In this document: positions 48,993-59,796 of the stretch, piece by piece
Numbering within the stretch: position 1 is the first letter of the stretch
Layout of the letters: each line of letters opens with the position of its first letter
From: Candidatus Eiseniibacteriota bacterium
GTDB taxonomy: Bacteria; Eisenbacteria; RBG-16-71-46
Length of the DNA: 64,000 nt
NCBI GenBank assembly: GCA_963707915.1
Contig: OY970178.1
Location: 1,792,001-1,856,000, forward strand
Direction of reading: 5' to 3'
Translations under genes and position numbers: made by a program
Notes under the pieces: generated by a model
What the model was told of the DNA's origin: nothing
The model's input: the letters and a program-made list of their open reading frames with translations, nothing else
The model's database searches: none

Positions 48993-50963
48993 TCAGTCGG
49001 CGGGCGCCACGGTCCGCCCGGCCGGCAGGGCGGCGCCCGCGTCCGGCGCGGCATCCGGCACATCGAGCAGCCCGCGCACCTCGCGCAGGAGGCTGTCCGG
49101 CGTGAACGGCTTCTGCAGGAACCTCCGCCTCGGCTGCAGCGCGCCCTGCCGTCCGACCAGGTCGTCCGTGTACCCGGAGATGAACAGGACGCACATCTCC
49201 GGGCGGCCCGGCGCCAGGGCGCGGGCCAGCTCGATGCCGCTCATCCCCGGCATCACCACGTCGGTGACCAGCAGGTGGACGAAACCGGTGTGGCGCTTCA
49301 GCCGCGCCAGCGCCTCGCGCCCATTGACGAACTCCATCACCTGGTAGCCGTTCCTGCGCAGTACCTCGGCCACCAGGTTCCTCACCAGCGGCTCGTCCTC
49401 GACCAGCACGACGGTCTCGTCGCCGCGGGCCTCGTCCGGCGCCAGCTTCGCGGTCCGCGCCGCGGGCGCCGCCTCCGCACGGGGCAGGGTGATCTCGAAG
49501 CGGCTCCCGCGCCCCCGCTCGCTGGACACGAAGACATTGCCCCCGCACTGGCGCACGACGGCGTAGACACTGGAGAGCCCGAGCCCGGTCCTCCTGCCCG
49601 GCTCCTTGGTCGTGAAGAAGGGTTCGAAGAGTCGGGCCTGCGTGGCCGCGTCCATGCCCTGCCCGGTGTCGGTCACGGCCAGCATGACGTAGGGCCCGGG
49701 CTGCACCGCGCGGCGGCGCGCGGCGGCGGCGTCGAACTCCACGTTCGCCGTCTCGATCGTGAGTCGGCCACCCTGGGGCATGGCGTCGCGTGCGTTCGCC
49801 GCCAGGTCCATGAGCATCTGCTCGACCTGGCCGGGATCCACGCGGGTCGGGTCGAGGCCGGGCGCGAGCATCAGGGTGAGCTCGATCCCCGCGCCGATGA
49901 GCTGGCGGAGCGGCTCGAGCTGTGCGCCGATGACGGGGTTGAGGTCCACGGGTCGCGGGCTCAGCACCTGCCTGCGTCCGAACGTGAGGAGCTGCTGCGT
50001 CAGGTTCGCGGCGCGCTCCGCCGCGCGCTTGATCTCGGCCACCTCCTGGTGGAGAACGTGATCGTCCGCGAGCTGGTCGAGCAGCAGGTTGCCGTAGCCG
50101 AGGATCACGGTGAGCAGGTCGTTGAAATCGTGCGCCACGCCGCCGGCGAGGCGACCGACCGCTTCCAGCTTCTGGGCCCGTTGCAGCTGGGCCTCGAGCT
50201 GGATGCGCTCGGTGACGTCCCTCCCGGTGGTGACCAGGCCGGTCTTGCCGCCGGGCTCGACGATGCGCGCCGCGCTGCCCTCGACGATGCGCCAGGTGCC
50301 GTCGCGGTGACGGAAGCGCAGCCCGGTGAGGGGCGGGCTGGCCCCGCGGATCAGCACCTCCTCCAGGGCCCGCGCCAGGATCCCGGCGTCGTCCTCGTGG
50401 ACGAACTCGCGCAGCCTGCGGCCCAGGACCTCCGCAGGCGGGTACCCGAGCACGCGGGCGACGGAAGGGCTCGCGAAGGTGACGACCCCCTGGTCGTCCT
50501 GCAGCACGATCATGTCGGCGGAGTTCTCGACCAGCAACCGGTAGCGCTCCTCGCTGGTGTCGAGCGCCGCCGTCGCCGCGCGCCGCTGGAAGGCGTCGCG
50601 CAGCTCGCGCTCGACCACGGGACCGAGCCGGAGCAGGTTGTCCTTGGTCAGGTAGTCGCTGGCCCCCGCCCTCATGCAGGCCACGGCCTGCTCCTCGCCG
50701 ATGTGGCCCGAGACCACGATGAACGGCAGGTCCTGCCCGCTGCGCCGGAGGACCGCCAGCGCGCCGGGGGCGTCGAATCGCGGCATCGAGTGGTCGGCGA
50801 TGACCAGGTCCCAGCTCTCGTCGGCCAGCGCCTGGCGCATCGCCTCCGCGGTCTCCACGACCCAGTGGTCGGGAGTGAACCCGCTGCGGCGGAGCTCGTG
50901 GAGGACGAGGTCCACGTCGTCGCGGGAGTCTTCCACGAAGAGGACGCGCACCGGGACGCTCAT
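48993..50963 (-). CDS. Hybrid sensor kinase (REC-PAS-HisKA-HATPase-REC, CckA-like)
   Basis: VAHDFND H-box, NARDAM, FEPFFTTK, TGLGL, terminal REC TDVVMP. Confidence 0.92.
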   Translation of the reverse strand: MSVPVRVLFVEDSRDDVDLVLHELRRSGFTPDHWVVETAEAMRQALADESWDLVIADHSMPRFDAPGALAVLRRSGQDLPFIVVSGHIGEEQAVACMRAGASDYLTKDNLLRLGPVVERELRDAFQRRAATAALDTSEERYRLLVENSADMIVLQDDQGVVTFASPSVARVLGYPPAEVLGRRLREFVHEDDAGILARALEEVLIRGASPPLTGLRFRHRDGTWRIVEGSAARIVEPGGKTGLVTTGRDVTERIQLEAQLQRAQKLEAVGRLAGGVAHDFNDLLTVILGYGNLLLDQLADDHVLHQEVAEIKRAAERAANLTQQLLTFGRRQVLSPRPVDLNPVIGAQLEPLRQLIGAGIELTLMLAPGLDPTRVDPGQVEQMLMDLAANARDAMPQGGRLTIETANVEFDAAAARRRAVQPGPYVMLAVTDTGQGMDAATQARLFEPFFTTKEPGRRTGLGLSSVYAVVRQCGGNVFVSSERGRGSRFEITLPRAEAAPAARTAKLAPDEARGDETVVLVEDEPLVRNLVAEVLRRNGYQVMEFVNGREALARLKRHTGFVHLLVTDVVMPGMSGIELARALAPGRPEMCVLFISGYTDDLVGRQGALQPRRRFLQKPFTPDSLLREVRGLLDVPDAAPDAGAALPAGRTVAPAD

Positions 50964-51201
50964 GGCGATGCGGCCCCCGGTGTCGGGGAGGCGCCGGGCC
51001 CGCACCCGGTCCCGAATGACGTGGCGGCGATCATCCCGAGGGACCCCGAGGTCGAAGGCGGTTTCGAAGGGCGCGGGCGGGGCGCCCGCAACCCCGGCAT
51101 TGTCCTACCGGTTGCTCCATTCACCTAGCCGAAACCGGCCCGCGGCGGCCGCGCCCGACGCGGTCACCCGCCGCCACCGGCCCCGGCTGCCCGAGTCCGG
51201 C

Positions 51202-51507
51202 CTACGCAGCCGAGGAGTGCGACTCCAGGCCTCCGGGGGACTGTTCCTTCGGACCCGATGAGGCCGCGTTGCCGCCGCCGCTGCGGCCCCTTCCGGAGCT
51301 CTTGCCTCCGGCCCGACCGATGCGGGACATGTGATCCCGGTCCCGGCTCACCGACACGCCGCCCTTGCGGCCCGCGGCGCGTGCCTCGTCCGCCGTGAAC
51401 TCGTGCGCAGTACCCTTTTCATGGGCAGCCCGGCCGCCTCGCCGGGCGATCTCCCGTTGCTTGTCGCTATCCATCCCGGCGAATCCACCCCGTTCACGCC
51501 CTGCCAT
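51202..51507 (-). CDS. KGG-repeat general stress protein (YciG/GsiB-like)
   Basis: [37 protein letters not shown]. Confidence 0.85.
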   Translation of the reverse strand: MAGRERGGFAGMDSDKQREIARRGGRAAHEKGTAHEFTADEARAAGRKGGVSVSRDRDHMSRIGRAGGKSSGRGRSGGGNAASSGPKEQSPGGLESHSSAA

Positions 51508-51812
51508 GACATCCTCCGCTTTCGCTCCGGCCAAGTCATCGACTTCCTCCCTATGGATGAGCCTTCCTGCCGATGGGATTCGCCGACCGGTCGATTCGGC
51601 GGCCCCCGCGGAGCCCCGCGGGTGGATCGCAGCCCCCCGAAGCAGCCGTACGGCCCAACCCGGCCCTCCCGATGGGCCCCCTGCCCGCTGGGAGGCCACG
51701 ACTTGCGTCATTCGGGCCTGCCGGGCGGCGTGCGCCCGATCGCGCTTGCGGCTAGTCTGTCCGGGAAGCCTTGCAATCACCGGACCCCGGAAACCCTCCC
51801 AGGGCGATCCAC

Positions 51813-54254
51813 ATGGCCAACCGAAACGCACCATCCGCCGGCTCGAACCCCGGGACTGGCGGGACGTCCTGGTTCGTCGTGCTGTGGGCTCGAGCCCGCG
51901 CCCGGCCGCGGCGGTCCGCCGCGCTCGCCGGGCTCGCGGTGCTGGGGCTGGCCGCCCTGGCCGGCTTCATCCGCCTCTCGATCGAGGTCCGCGCGCTGCG
52001 CTCGCGGCACGCCACCGGGCCGTCGTGGTCCTTCCCCTCGCGCGTCTACTCCGACGGGGTCACCCTCGCGCCGGGCCGCGCGTGCCCGGAGTCCTACCTG
52101 CGGGCGCAGCTCGAGGCGCGCGGGTACCGCGAGGTGACGGTGGTCTCCCTCCCGGGCGAGTACCGGGCCGTGCCGGGCGGTCTCGAGATCCTGCTGCGCG
52201 GCTTCGCCGCCGCGCCCGACCCCGAGGGAGCGGGCGGTCCCGAGCGCGTGCGCCTGCGTCTCGCGGCCGGGCGGCTGGCGGCGGTGGAGCGCCTGGGAGG
52301 CCTCGCCGGCGCGCCGCCTCCCGACCTCCCGCGCCCGCCGCGACTCGAGCCCGTGGCCATCGCGCTCGTGGCCGACGACCACCTGGTCCTGCGCAGCTGG
52401 GTGCCGCTCGCGCGCATCCCCCGTGCGCTGCGCGACGCGGTCGTCGCCTCCGAGGACCGCCGCTTCCGCCAGCACCGGGGGCTGGACCTGCGCGGCAACT
52501 TCCGCGCGCTCGTCACCAACGTGCAGGCGGGCGGGCTGCGCCAGGGCGGCAGCACCATCACGCAGCAGCTGGCGCGCGGGCTCTTCCTGGGTCGCGAGCG
52601 CACCTGGGGCCGCAAGCTCTCCGAGGCGGTGATCGCCACGGGGCTCGAGGTGATCCTCTCGAAGGACGAGATCCTCGAGATGTACCTGAACTCGGTCTAC
52701 TGGGGACAGAACGGGTCCGGGGGCGTGGCGGGCGTGGCCGAGGCCGCGCGCTGGTATTTCGACGCCCCGGTCGAGTCGCTCGACGTGGCGCGTTCCGCGC
52801 TGCTCGCGGGCATCATCCCGGCGCCCAACGCCTATTCCCCGTTCCGCGCTCCCCGCCTGGCGACGATGAGGCGCAACGCGGTGCTCGGCGACATGGCCGT
52901 CACCGGCGTGCTCGACGCGGCCACGGCGGCACGGCTGCGGGCTGCGCCGCTGGAGGCGCGCCGCGGCCCGCCCCCGCCCAGCCGCTTCCCCAGCTACGTG
53001 GGCTACGTGCGCCAGCATCTCGCCGAGCACCTGCCGCGCGGCGCCGCCGAGCACTGGGGCCTCGCGATATTCACCACGCTCGACCTGGTCTGGCAGGCCG
53101 AGGCCGAGCGGGGGCTCGCCGACGGCGTGGACTCGCTCGAGCGCTGGAGCGGGCGCGGGCCCCAGCCGCTGCAGGGTGCGTTCGTGGCGCTCGACCCCGC
53201 CACCGGCCGGGTGCGCGCCGTGGTGGGGGGACGCGCCCCCGGGACCGGCGACTTCAACCGCGCCACGCAGGCGCGCCGCCAGACCGGGTCGGCGATCAAG
53301 CCGATCGTCTACGCCGCCGCCCTCGACCCCGGCCGCGGCGCCCCGCGCTTCGGCCCGGCCTCGACCGTGCCGGACCTGAGGCGGGAGTTCGCCGCCGGCG
53401 ACACGACCTGGAAGCCGCGCAACGACAAGGACGAGTACCACCCCGAGGTGACGCTGGCGAAGGCGCTCGCCAAGTCGCTCAACGTGGCGACGGCGAACCT
53501 GGTCGAGGCGATCGGCGCCGGGCAGGCGGCGCGCTACGCCGAGCGCTTCGGCCTGGGGAAGCTGAAGCCCGTCGCGAGCATCGGGCTCGGCACCAACGAG
53601 GCGACGCTGCTCGCGCTCACCGGCGCCTACGGCGTCTTCCCCGGGCGCGGCGTGCGCCACGAACCGACCCCGGTGCGCGCGGTGCTGGACGCCGCGGGGC
53701 AGGACCTGCTCCCGCCCGCCACGCCGGCGACGCAGGTGCTGCCGGCCCCGACCGCGGACCTCATGACCGGCCTGCTCGAGGACGTGGTCATCTTCGGCGT
53801 CTCCTACCCGCTGCGCTCCGTCTACGGCTTCCTGCGGCCCGCGGGCGGCAAGACCGGCACGACCAACGACTACTACGACGCCTGGTTCGTGGGCTTCGTG
53901 CCGGACCTCGTCGCCGGCGCCTGGGTGGGCTACGACACGCCGCACACCCTGCAGCGTCCGGCCGCCGAGGTCGCGCTCCCGATCTGGGCCGGGATCATGG
54001 GCGCCATGCTGAGGGACTTCCCCGCGGCGCCCTTCCCCGGCGACGCCGGGCTCACGCTGGCCTGGATCGACCCGTGGACCGGCCTGCTGGCGCGGGGCGG
54101 CTGCCCGACGATGCGGGTGCCCTTCCTGCCCGGCACCGCGCCGACCCGGACCTGCGGCGTGGTGCATCCGCCGGCGGACAGCCTGGCCGCGCTGTCCGAC
54201 TCGACCGCGGTCGCGCCGGACTCGATCGCAGCCGGCGGAGACTCCCTGCGATGA
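51813..54254 (+). CDS. mrcB: Class A penicillin-binding protein (PBP1B-like)
   Basis: UB2H-like insert; EDRRF, QGGSTITQQL, YLN; SAIK, SLN, KTG transpeptidase motifs. Confidence 0.88.
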   Translation: MANRNAPSAGSNPGTGGTSWFVVLWARARARPRRSAALAGLAVLGLAALAGFIRLSIEVRALRSRHATGPSWSFPSRVYSDGVTLAPGRACPESYLRAQLEARGYREVTVVSLPGEYRAVPGGLEILLRGFAAAPDPEGAGGPERVRLRLAAGRLAAVERLGGLAGAPPPDLPRPPRLEPVAIALVADDHLVLRSWVPLARIPRALRDAVVASEDRRFRQHRGLDLRGNFRALVTNVQAGGLRQGGSTITQQLARGLFLGRERTWGRKLSEAVIATGLEVILSKDEILEMYLNSVYWGQNGSGGVAGVAEAARWYFDAPVESLDVARSALLAGIIPAPNAYSPFRAPRLATMRRNAVLGDMAVTGVLDAATAARLRAAPLEARRGPPPPSRFPSYVGYVRQHLAEHLPRGAAEHWGLAIFTTLDLVWQAEAERGLADGVDSLERWSGRGPQPLQGAFVALDPATGRVRAVVGGRAPGTGDFNRATQARRQTGSAIKPIVYAAALDPGRGAPRFGPASTVPDLRREFAAGDTTWKPRNDKDEYHPEVTLAKALAKSLNVATANLVEAIGAGQAARYAERFGLGKLKPVASIGLGTNEATLLALTGAYGVFPGRGVRHEPTPVRAVLDAAGQDLLPPATPATQVLPAPTADLMTGLLEDVVIFGVSYPLRSVYGFLRPAGGKTGTTNDYYDAWFVGFVPDLVAGAWVGYDTPHTLQRPAAEVALPIWAGIMGAMLRDFPAAPFPGDAGLTLAWIDPWTGLLARGGCPTMRVPFLPGTAPTRTCGVVHPPADSLAALSDSTAVAPDSIAAGGDSLR

Positions 54255-54354
54255 ACCCCGCGCCCGGCCGGCACCCGCGCGAACGCCGTCCGAACGCCGC
54301 GGCACTCCGCCTCACCGGCAGCGCGCGAACCCCGATGCAAGAACGGAGGCCCCG

Positions 54355-55167
54355 ATGAAGACCATGCTGGAATCGTATCTCACGCTCGAGCAGACCGACC
54401 TGCTCGGTGCGACCCTGGAGGCGCAGACGCGGGCCAGCGGGTCCGCCGAGATCCCGGTGGTCGCGGCGACCCTGAACGAACGCGGCTGCCGCGACGTGCT
54501 CGACGCCGGCACCGGCGAGGGATCGTTCCTGCTGGAGGTCGCCGTGCGGACGAAGGGCGCGCGCTTCCTCGGGATCGACCACAACGAGTTCGCGATCCGC
54601 AAGGCGGTTGCGCGACTGAGGCGGCGCTCCGTCAAGAACGTCCGCTTCAGGACGGCGTTCTTCGACGCGAAGTTCGACCGGAAGAAGCGCGACGCCATCC
54701 TCTCGCGCTACACGCTCCAGCACTCGTCCAGCCCGGCGGACTTCGTGGGAGCCGCCTTCCAGCGGCTCAAGCGAAAGGGGACGTTCATCGCGGTCGAGTC
54801 CGTGGAGGCCTACCTGGACTGCCACGTGGCGGACCCGACCTGGGAGGCCTACCGCGCGGCCCTGCTCGCCGTCCACGCGAAGATCGGCAGCGACGGGAAC
54901 ATCGGCAAGGGGCTGGCGAGCCTGCTGCGGCGGTCGGGGTTCCGTGACGTCCAGGCCGGCATCGTCCTGTGCTCCCCGTCCACCGTCGGGATCGAGCGGT
55001 TCACCTCCGTGGTCCTGTCCACCACCGCACTGGCCCACCGGCTCTTCCCCGAGCTCTTCGACCGGCGGCTGGTCCGGCGGATGGGGCGCTGGCTGGACGA
55101 CGAGGCCGGGATCGAGCGGCGGGACCCCTACATCGCCTCGGCGATCGCCAGCGGCGTGAAGCCGTAG
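54355..55167 (+). CDS. Class I SAM-dependent methyltransferase
   Basis: VLDAGTGEG, LGID, YTLQH. Confidence 0.8.
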   Translation: MKTMLESYLTLEQTDLLGATLEAQTRASGSAEIPVVAATLNERGCRDVLDAGTGEGSFLLEVAVRTKGARFLGIDHNEFAIRKAVARLRRRSVKNVRFRTAFFDAKFDRKKRDAILSRYTLQHSSSPADFVGAAFQRLKRKGTFIAVESVEAYLDCHVADPTWEAYRAALLAVHAKIGSDGNIGKGLASLLRRSGFRDVQAGIVLCSPSTVGIERFTSVVLSTTALAHRLFPELFDRRLVRRMGRWLDDEAGIERRDPYIASAIASGVKP

Positions 55168-55199
55168 AGCCACGCCGCGGACGGCCGGGAAGCCCGGCC

Positions 55200-55227
55200 G
55201 TTGGTACTTTCGTACCGCTGTACCAAC
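55200..55227. promoter_or_regulatory. Inverted repeat upstream of the hydrogenase operon (candidate operator)
   Basis: GTTGGTAC-N12-GTACCAAC with a third GTAC in the spacer. Confidence 0.4.
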
Positions 55228-55296
55228 CCCCCCGCGAGCGTACTGTCGCGACGTCTTCCCCGTGAGGTCGGCCGCGCTTCCCCAGAGGAGGCCGTC

Positions 55297-56427
55297 ATGG
55301 CTGCCCACCGGCATCATCCCTCCACCTACGATGTCCTGCTGGCGCACGGCATCGATCGCCGAACCTTCCTGCGCTTCTGCACGCTCACCGCGGCGGCGCT
55401 GGGGCTGGACGCCTCGGGAGTGGGAAGGGTGGCCCACGCCCTCGAGAGCAAGCCGCGCATCCCGGTGATGTGGCTGCACGGCCTCGAGTGCACGTGCTGC
55501 AGCGAGTCGTTCATCCGCTCGGCCCATCCGCTGGCGCAGGACGTCGTCCTCAACCTGCTGTCGCTCGACTACGACGACACGCTGCAGGCCGCCGCGGGCT
55601 TCCAGGCCGAGGAGATCCGCCGCGAGATCATCGCGAAGCACCCGGGTGGCTACCTGCTGGCGGTCGAGGGCAATGCCCCGACCCGGGACGGCGGGGTCTA
55701 CTGCACGGTGGGCGGGCGCACCTTCGAGGACATCCTGCTCGAGTCCGCGCGCCACGCGAAGGCGGTCGTGGCGTGGGGCTCGTGCGCGTCGAACGGCTGC
55801 ATCCAGGCCGCTCACCCCAACCCCACCGGGGCGAAGCCGGTGCACCAGCTGATCCACGACAAGCCGGTCATCCGCGTGCCGGGCTGTCCGCCGATCGCCG
55901 AGGTCATGACCGGGCTGCTGGCCTACATCCTGACCTTCGACCGGCTGCCCGACCTGGACCGCGCCGGGCGGCCGCGCATGTTCTACGGCCAGCGGCTCCA
56001 CGACAAGTGCTACCGGCGCGCGTTCTTCGACGCCGGCCAGTTCGTGGAGAGCTGGGACGACGAGGGGGCCCGCCGGGGCTGGTGCCTGTACAAGATGGGC
56101 TGCCGGGGCCCAACGACCTACAACTCGTGCTCGACCATCCGCTGGAACAACGGCATCTCCTGGCCGGTCGGCTCGGGCCATGGATGCATCGGCTGCGCCG
56201 AGGACGGCTTCTGGGACAACGGACCCTTCTACCGCCGGCTCTCGGGCATCCCGGTGCCCGGCGTGCAGAGCACCCCCGACCAGGTCGGCAAGACGCTCGC
56301 CGTCGTCGCGGCCGCCGGCGCCGCGGCGCATTTCACCTCGTTCCTGGCCAAGCGGGGCATCGAGAAGTCGCGGGCCGCGAAAGCGGACCCGCCGGTGCCC
56401 CCGCCCCCCGGCCCGGACCGGGCCTAG
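55297..56427 (+). CDS. hyaA: [NiFe]-hydrogenase small subunit (group 1d type)
   Basis: Tat [48 protein letters not shown]-terminal anchor. Confidence 0.93.
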   Translation: MAAHRHHPSTYDVLLAHGIDRRTFLRFCTLTAAALGLDASGVGRVAHALESKPRIPVMWLHGLECTCCSESFIRSAHPLAQDVVLNLLSLDYDDTLQAAAGFQAEEIRREIIAKHPGGYLLAVEGNAPTRDGGVYCTVGGRTFEDILLESARHAKAVVAWGSCASNGCIQAAHPNPTGAKPVHQLIHDKPVIRVPGCPPIAEVMTGLLAYILTFDRLPDLDRAGRPRMFYGQRLHDKCYRRAFFDAGQFVESWDDEGARRGWCLYKMGCRGPTTYNSCSTIRWNNGISWPVGSGHGCIGCAEDGFWDNGPFYRRLSGIPVPGVQSTPDQVGKTLAVVAAAGAAAHFTSFLAKRGIEKSRAAKADPPVPPPPGPDRA

Positions 56428-56436
56428 GAGGCGGCC

Positions 56437-58158
56437 ATGGCACAGCGAGTCGTCGTCGATCCGATCACCCGCATCGAGGGCCACCTCCGCATCGAGGCGA
56501 TGCTGGACGGGAGCGGGACGATCCAGGACGCCATGTCGTGCGGCACGATGTGGCGCGGGATCGAGGTCATCCTCCAGGACCGGGACCCGCGCGACGCGTG
56601 GGCCTTCTGCGAGCGCATCTGCGGCGTGTGCACCACCGTGCACGCGCTCGCCTCGGTGCGCTCGGTGGAGAACGCGCTCGGCATCCACGTGCCGGCGAAC
56701 GCCGATCTCATCCGCAACATCATGTACCTGACGCAGACCGTGCAGGACCACGTGGTGCACTTCTACCACCTGCACGCGCTCGACTGGGTGGACGTGGTCT
56801 CGGCGCTGAAGGCCGACCCGGCAGCCACTGCGGCCCTCGCCCAGAAGGTCTCGCCGCACTGGCCCACCGCCACGACCGGCTACTTCGCCGACGTGGCCGG
56901 GACGCTCAAGCGCTTCGTGGACTCGGGGCAGCTCGGCATCTTCGCGAACGCCTACTGGGGACACCCGGCCTACAAGCTGCCGCCCGAGGCGAACCTCATG
57001 GCGGTGGCGCACTACCTCGAGGCGCTGCGCTGGCAGAAGGAGATCGTCAAGATCCACACCGTCTTCGGGGGCAAGAACCCGCACCCGAACTACCTCGTCG
57101 GCGGCATGGCCTCGACGATCGACCTGCAGAGCGACAACGCCATCAACGTGGAGCGGCTCAACCTGGTCCGGGACCTGATCGACGGGGCCATCCAGGTGGT
57201 CGAGCAGCTCTACCTGCCCGACCTGCTGGCCGTGGCCTCGTTCTACCCCGAGTGGACCCGGTACGGCGGCGGGCTCGGCAACTACCTGTCCTACGGCGAC
57301 CTGCCGCAGGCGGGGATCGGCGACCCGTCCCGCTTCCGCATCCCGCGCGGGGCGATCCTCGGCAAGGACCTCGGCAAGGTCCTGCCGGTGGACCCGGAGA
57401 GCCCGGAGCAGGTCCGCGAGGAGATCGGGCACTCGTGGTACGAGTACCCGGCGGGCCAGGACTCGCTCCACCCGTGGGACGGCGTGACGGTGCCGAAGTA
57501 CACCGGGCCGAAGCCGCCCTACGAGCAACTGGACGAGACCAGGGCCTACTCGTGGCTCAAGACCCCGCGCTGGCAGGGCAACGCCATGGAGGTCGGCCCG
57601 CTCGCGCGGATGCTGATCGGTTACGCGAGCGGCCGCGAGGACTACCGGCAGGTCGTGGGCGAAGCGCTCGGCGCGCTCAAGCTGCCGCCCGCCGCGCTCT
57701 TCTCGACGCTCGGCCGCACCGCCGCACGCGGGCTCGAGACCCGGCTCGCGGTGCGCTGGCTGAAGGAGGAGTTCGATCGGCTGGTCGCCAACCTGAAGGC
57801 CGGCGACAGCGCCGTGGCGGACACGTCGAAGTGGGAGCCGCACACCTGGCCGAAGGAGTGCAAGGGCTTCGGCTTCACCGAGGCCCCGCGCGGCGCGCTG
57901 GGTCACTGGGTGCACATCCGCGACGGCAGGATCGCCTCCTACCAGATCGTGGTGCCGTCCACCTGGAACGCCTCGCCGCGCGACGCGAAGGGCCGGCACG
58001 GCGCCTACGAGGCCGCGCTGGTCGGCACGCCGCTCGCCGACCCGAAACGCCCGGTCGAGATCCTGCGCACCATCCACTCGTTCGACCCGTGCCTGGCCTG
58101 TGCCTCGCACGTGATCGGGCCCGACGGCCGCGTGCTGTCGGAAGTCGTGGTGCGGTAG
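56437..58158 (+). CDS. hyaB: [NiFe]-hydrogenase large subunit (group 1d type)
   Basis: DPITRIEGH, L1 ERICGVCTTVH, L2 SFDPCLACASH with cleavable tail. Confidence 0.95.
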   Translation: MAQRVVVDPITRIEGHLRIEAMLDGSGTIQDAMSCGTMWRGIEVILQDRDPRDAWAFCERICGVCTTVHALASVRSVENALGIHVPANADLIRNIMYLTQTVQDHVVHFYHLHALDWVDVVSALKADPAATAALAQKVSPHWPTATTGYFADVAGTLKRFVDSGQLGIFANAYWGHPAYKLPPEANLMAVAHYLEALRWQKEIVKIHTVFGGKNPHPNYLVGGMASTIDLQSDNAINVERLNLVRDLIDGAIQVVEQLYLPDLLAVASFYPEWTRYGGGLGNYLSYGDLPQAGIGDPSRFRIPRGAILGKDLGKVLPVDPESPEQVREEIGHSWYEYPAGQDSLHPWDGVTVPKYTGPKPPYEQLDETRAYSWLKTPRWQGNAMEVGPLARMLIGYASGREDYRQVVGEALGALKLPPAALFSTLGRTAARGLETRLAVRWLKEEFDRLVANLKAGDSAVADTSKWEPHTWPKECKGFGFTEAPRGALGHWVHIRDGRIASYQIVVPSTWNASPRDAKGRHGAYEAALVGTPLADPKRPVEILRTIHSFDPCLACASHVIGPDGRVLSEVVVR

Positions 58159-58167
58159 GAGGACGCC

Positions 58168-58905
58168 ATGGGCACCAGCGTCGAACCCCTGAACCCCGCC
58201 GACGTCTACGCCCACCCGCACCGCTACTTCCGGCGGCGCTACGTGTGGGAGTGGCCGGTGCGGGTCTTCCACTGGGTCAACGCCCTGTGCGTGGGCGTGC
58301 TGTTCACGACCGGGCTCTACATCGCCTGGCCCCAGCTCGCGCCCGCGGGCGAAGCCTGGCGTCATTTCGTCATGGGAACCGTGCGGACGGTCCACTTCAC
58401 GGCGGCGTACGTGTTCTTCGTGAACTTCGTGTGGCGCATGTACTGGTTCTGGATGGGCAACAACTACGCGCGCTCGGGCTTCCCGTTCGCCTGGCGCGCG
58501 GCGTGGTGGCGCGACCTGTTCCGCCAGGCCGGCGACTACCTGCGGCTCGAGCGCGGACACGTGCACCTCGGTCACAACGCGCTCGGGGGCCTCATCTACA
58601 CGATCTTCGTGATCGCGCTCGGCTGGTGCCAGATCTTCACCGGCTTCGCGCTCTACTCGCAGATCCACCCCGGGGGCTTCTGGGACCGGGCGCTGGGCTG
58701 GGTCATCCCCCTGCTGGGTGGCGCCTTCCAGGCCACGATGTGGCACCACACCACCGCCTGGCTGTTCGTCTTCTTCACCATCGTGCACGTCTACATCGTG
58801 TTCTACGACGGCCTGCAGTTCCGCAACGGGCTGGTGACCTCGATGGTCTCGGGCGAGAAGTTCTACAAGGAGGGCGACCTCGACAGTGAGCACTGGGTCA
58901 GCTGA
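58168..58905 (+). CDS. hyaC: Hydrogenase b-type cytochrome subunit
   Basis: YVWEWPVRVFHW, GHNAL, WHH, VHVY. Confidence 0.92.
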   Translation: MGTSVEPLNPADVYAHPHRYFRRRYVWEWPVRVFHWVNALCVGVLFTTGLYIAWPQLAPAGEAWRHFVMGTVRTVHFTAAYVFFVNFVWRMYWFWMGNNYARSGFPFAWRAAWWRDLFRQAGDYLRLERGHVHLGHNALGGLIYTIFVIALGWCQIFTGFALYSQIHPGGFWDRALGWVIPLLGGAFQATMWHHTTAWLFVFFTIVHVYIVFYDGLQFRNGLVTSMVSGEKFYKEGDLDSEHWVS

Positions 58906-59392
58906 GGGGGGGCGCGCGCCCGTCCTCGTGCTGGGCCTCGGCAACCCGCTGCTGCGCGACGACGGCGTGGGTCTGCGCCTCCTAGAGGGACTGCAGGCCC
59001 ACGCCGCACCGTGGGGCGGGCGCGTCGAGTCGGTGGACGGCGGCACGCAGGGACTGGCGCTGCTCGGGCGCATGGCCGGCCGCCGCGCGCTCGTGCTGCT
59101 CGACGCGGTGGCGCTCGGGGCCGCGCCCGGGACCGTGCACCGGCTCGACCGGGCCACGGCGCTGCAGCTCGCCGCCGTCCCCGGGAGCACCGCCCACGAA
59201 GGCGGTGCCGGCGCGCTGCTGGCGGCCTGCGACCTCATCGGCGACCTGCCCGCGAGGGTCGCCGTGGTGGGGATCGAGCCTGCCGAGGTCGCCACCGGCA
59301 TCGGCCTGTCGCCCCCGGTTCGGGCCGGGGTGCCGGAAGCGCTAGAATGCGCCCGCGCCGTGGTCGAGTCGCTGCTCGCGGCGCCCGACTGA
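58886..59392 (+). CDS. hyaD: Hydrogenase maturation protease
   Basis: LGLGNPLLRDDGVG, VDGGTQG, LDAV, TAHE. Confidence 0.9.
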   Translation: MSTGSAEGGRAPVLVLGLGNPLLRDDGVGLRLLEGLQAHAAPWGGRVESVDGGTQGLALLGRMAGRRALVLLDAVALGAAPGTVHRLDRATALQLAAVPGSTAHEGGAGALLAACDLIGDLPARVAVVGIEPAEVATGIGLSPPVRAGVPEALECARAVVESLLAAPD

Positions 59393-59427
59393 GCCGGCGC
59401 ACCCGACCGCGTCCCGAAGGCGGACCC

Positions 59428-59796
59428 TTGCACGAGCTGAGCCTCGCCACCGAGATCCATCGCACCTGCCGGGCGACCATCGACGCCCGCGGGGGCGGGC
59501 GGCTCGACGCGGCGCGCGTGGCGATCGGCGAGCTGGCCGCGGTCGAGCCCGAACTGCTGGTCTACGCCTGGGAGGCGGTGGTCTCCGGCGGGTCCGACGC
59601 GGCGGCCCGGCTCGAGGTCGAGTGGCACCCCGCGCGGCAGACCTGCGCGAACTGCGGCGACCTGAAGGAACGCGCGCCCGGCACCTGGCTGCGGATCTGC
59701 CCGGCCTGCGGCGGGCCGGTGCAGGTGGCCGGCGGCGACGAACTCGACGTGATCGACCTCACCTACACGCCCCACGAAGAGGAGACGGCGAAGTGA
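59428..59796 (+). CDS. hypA: Hydrogenase nickel metallochaperone HypA
   Basis: TTG start (M)HELSL, IGELAAVEP, CANC...CPACG, GGDEL. Confidence 0.9.
   Translation: MHELSLATEIHRTCRATIDARGGGRLDAARVAIGELAAVEPELLVYAWEAVVSGGSDAAARLEVEWHPARQTCANCGDLKERAPGTWLRICPACGGPVQVAGGDELDVIDLTYTPHEEETAK

Noticed and set aside
56437..58158. [NiFeSe] hydrogenase
   Set aside because: The L2 motif is DPCLAC with TGC/TGT codons and no in-frame TGA.
54052..59775. Very long antisense ORFs (e.g. 1907 aa here, 1155 aa at 12392, 997 aa at 51365)
   Set aside because: Shadow frames of real genes in high-GC DNA; Arg/Ala/Pro-rich with no motifs.
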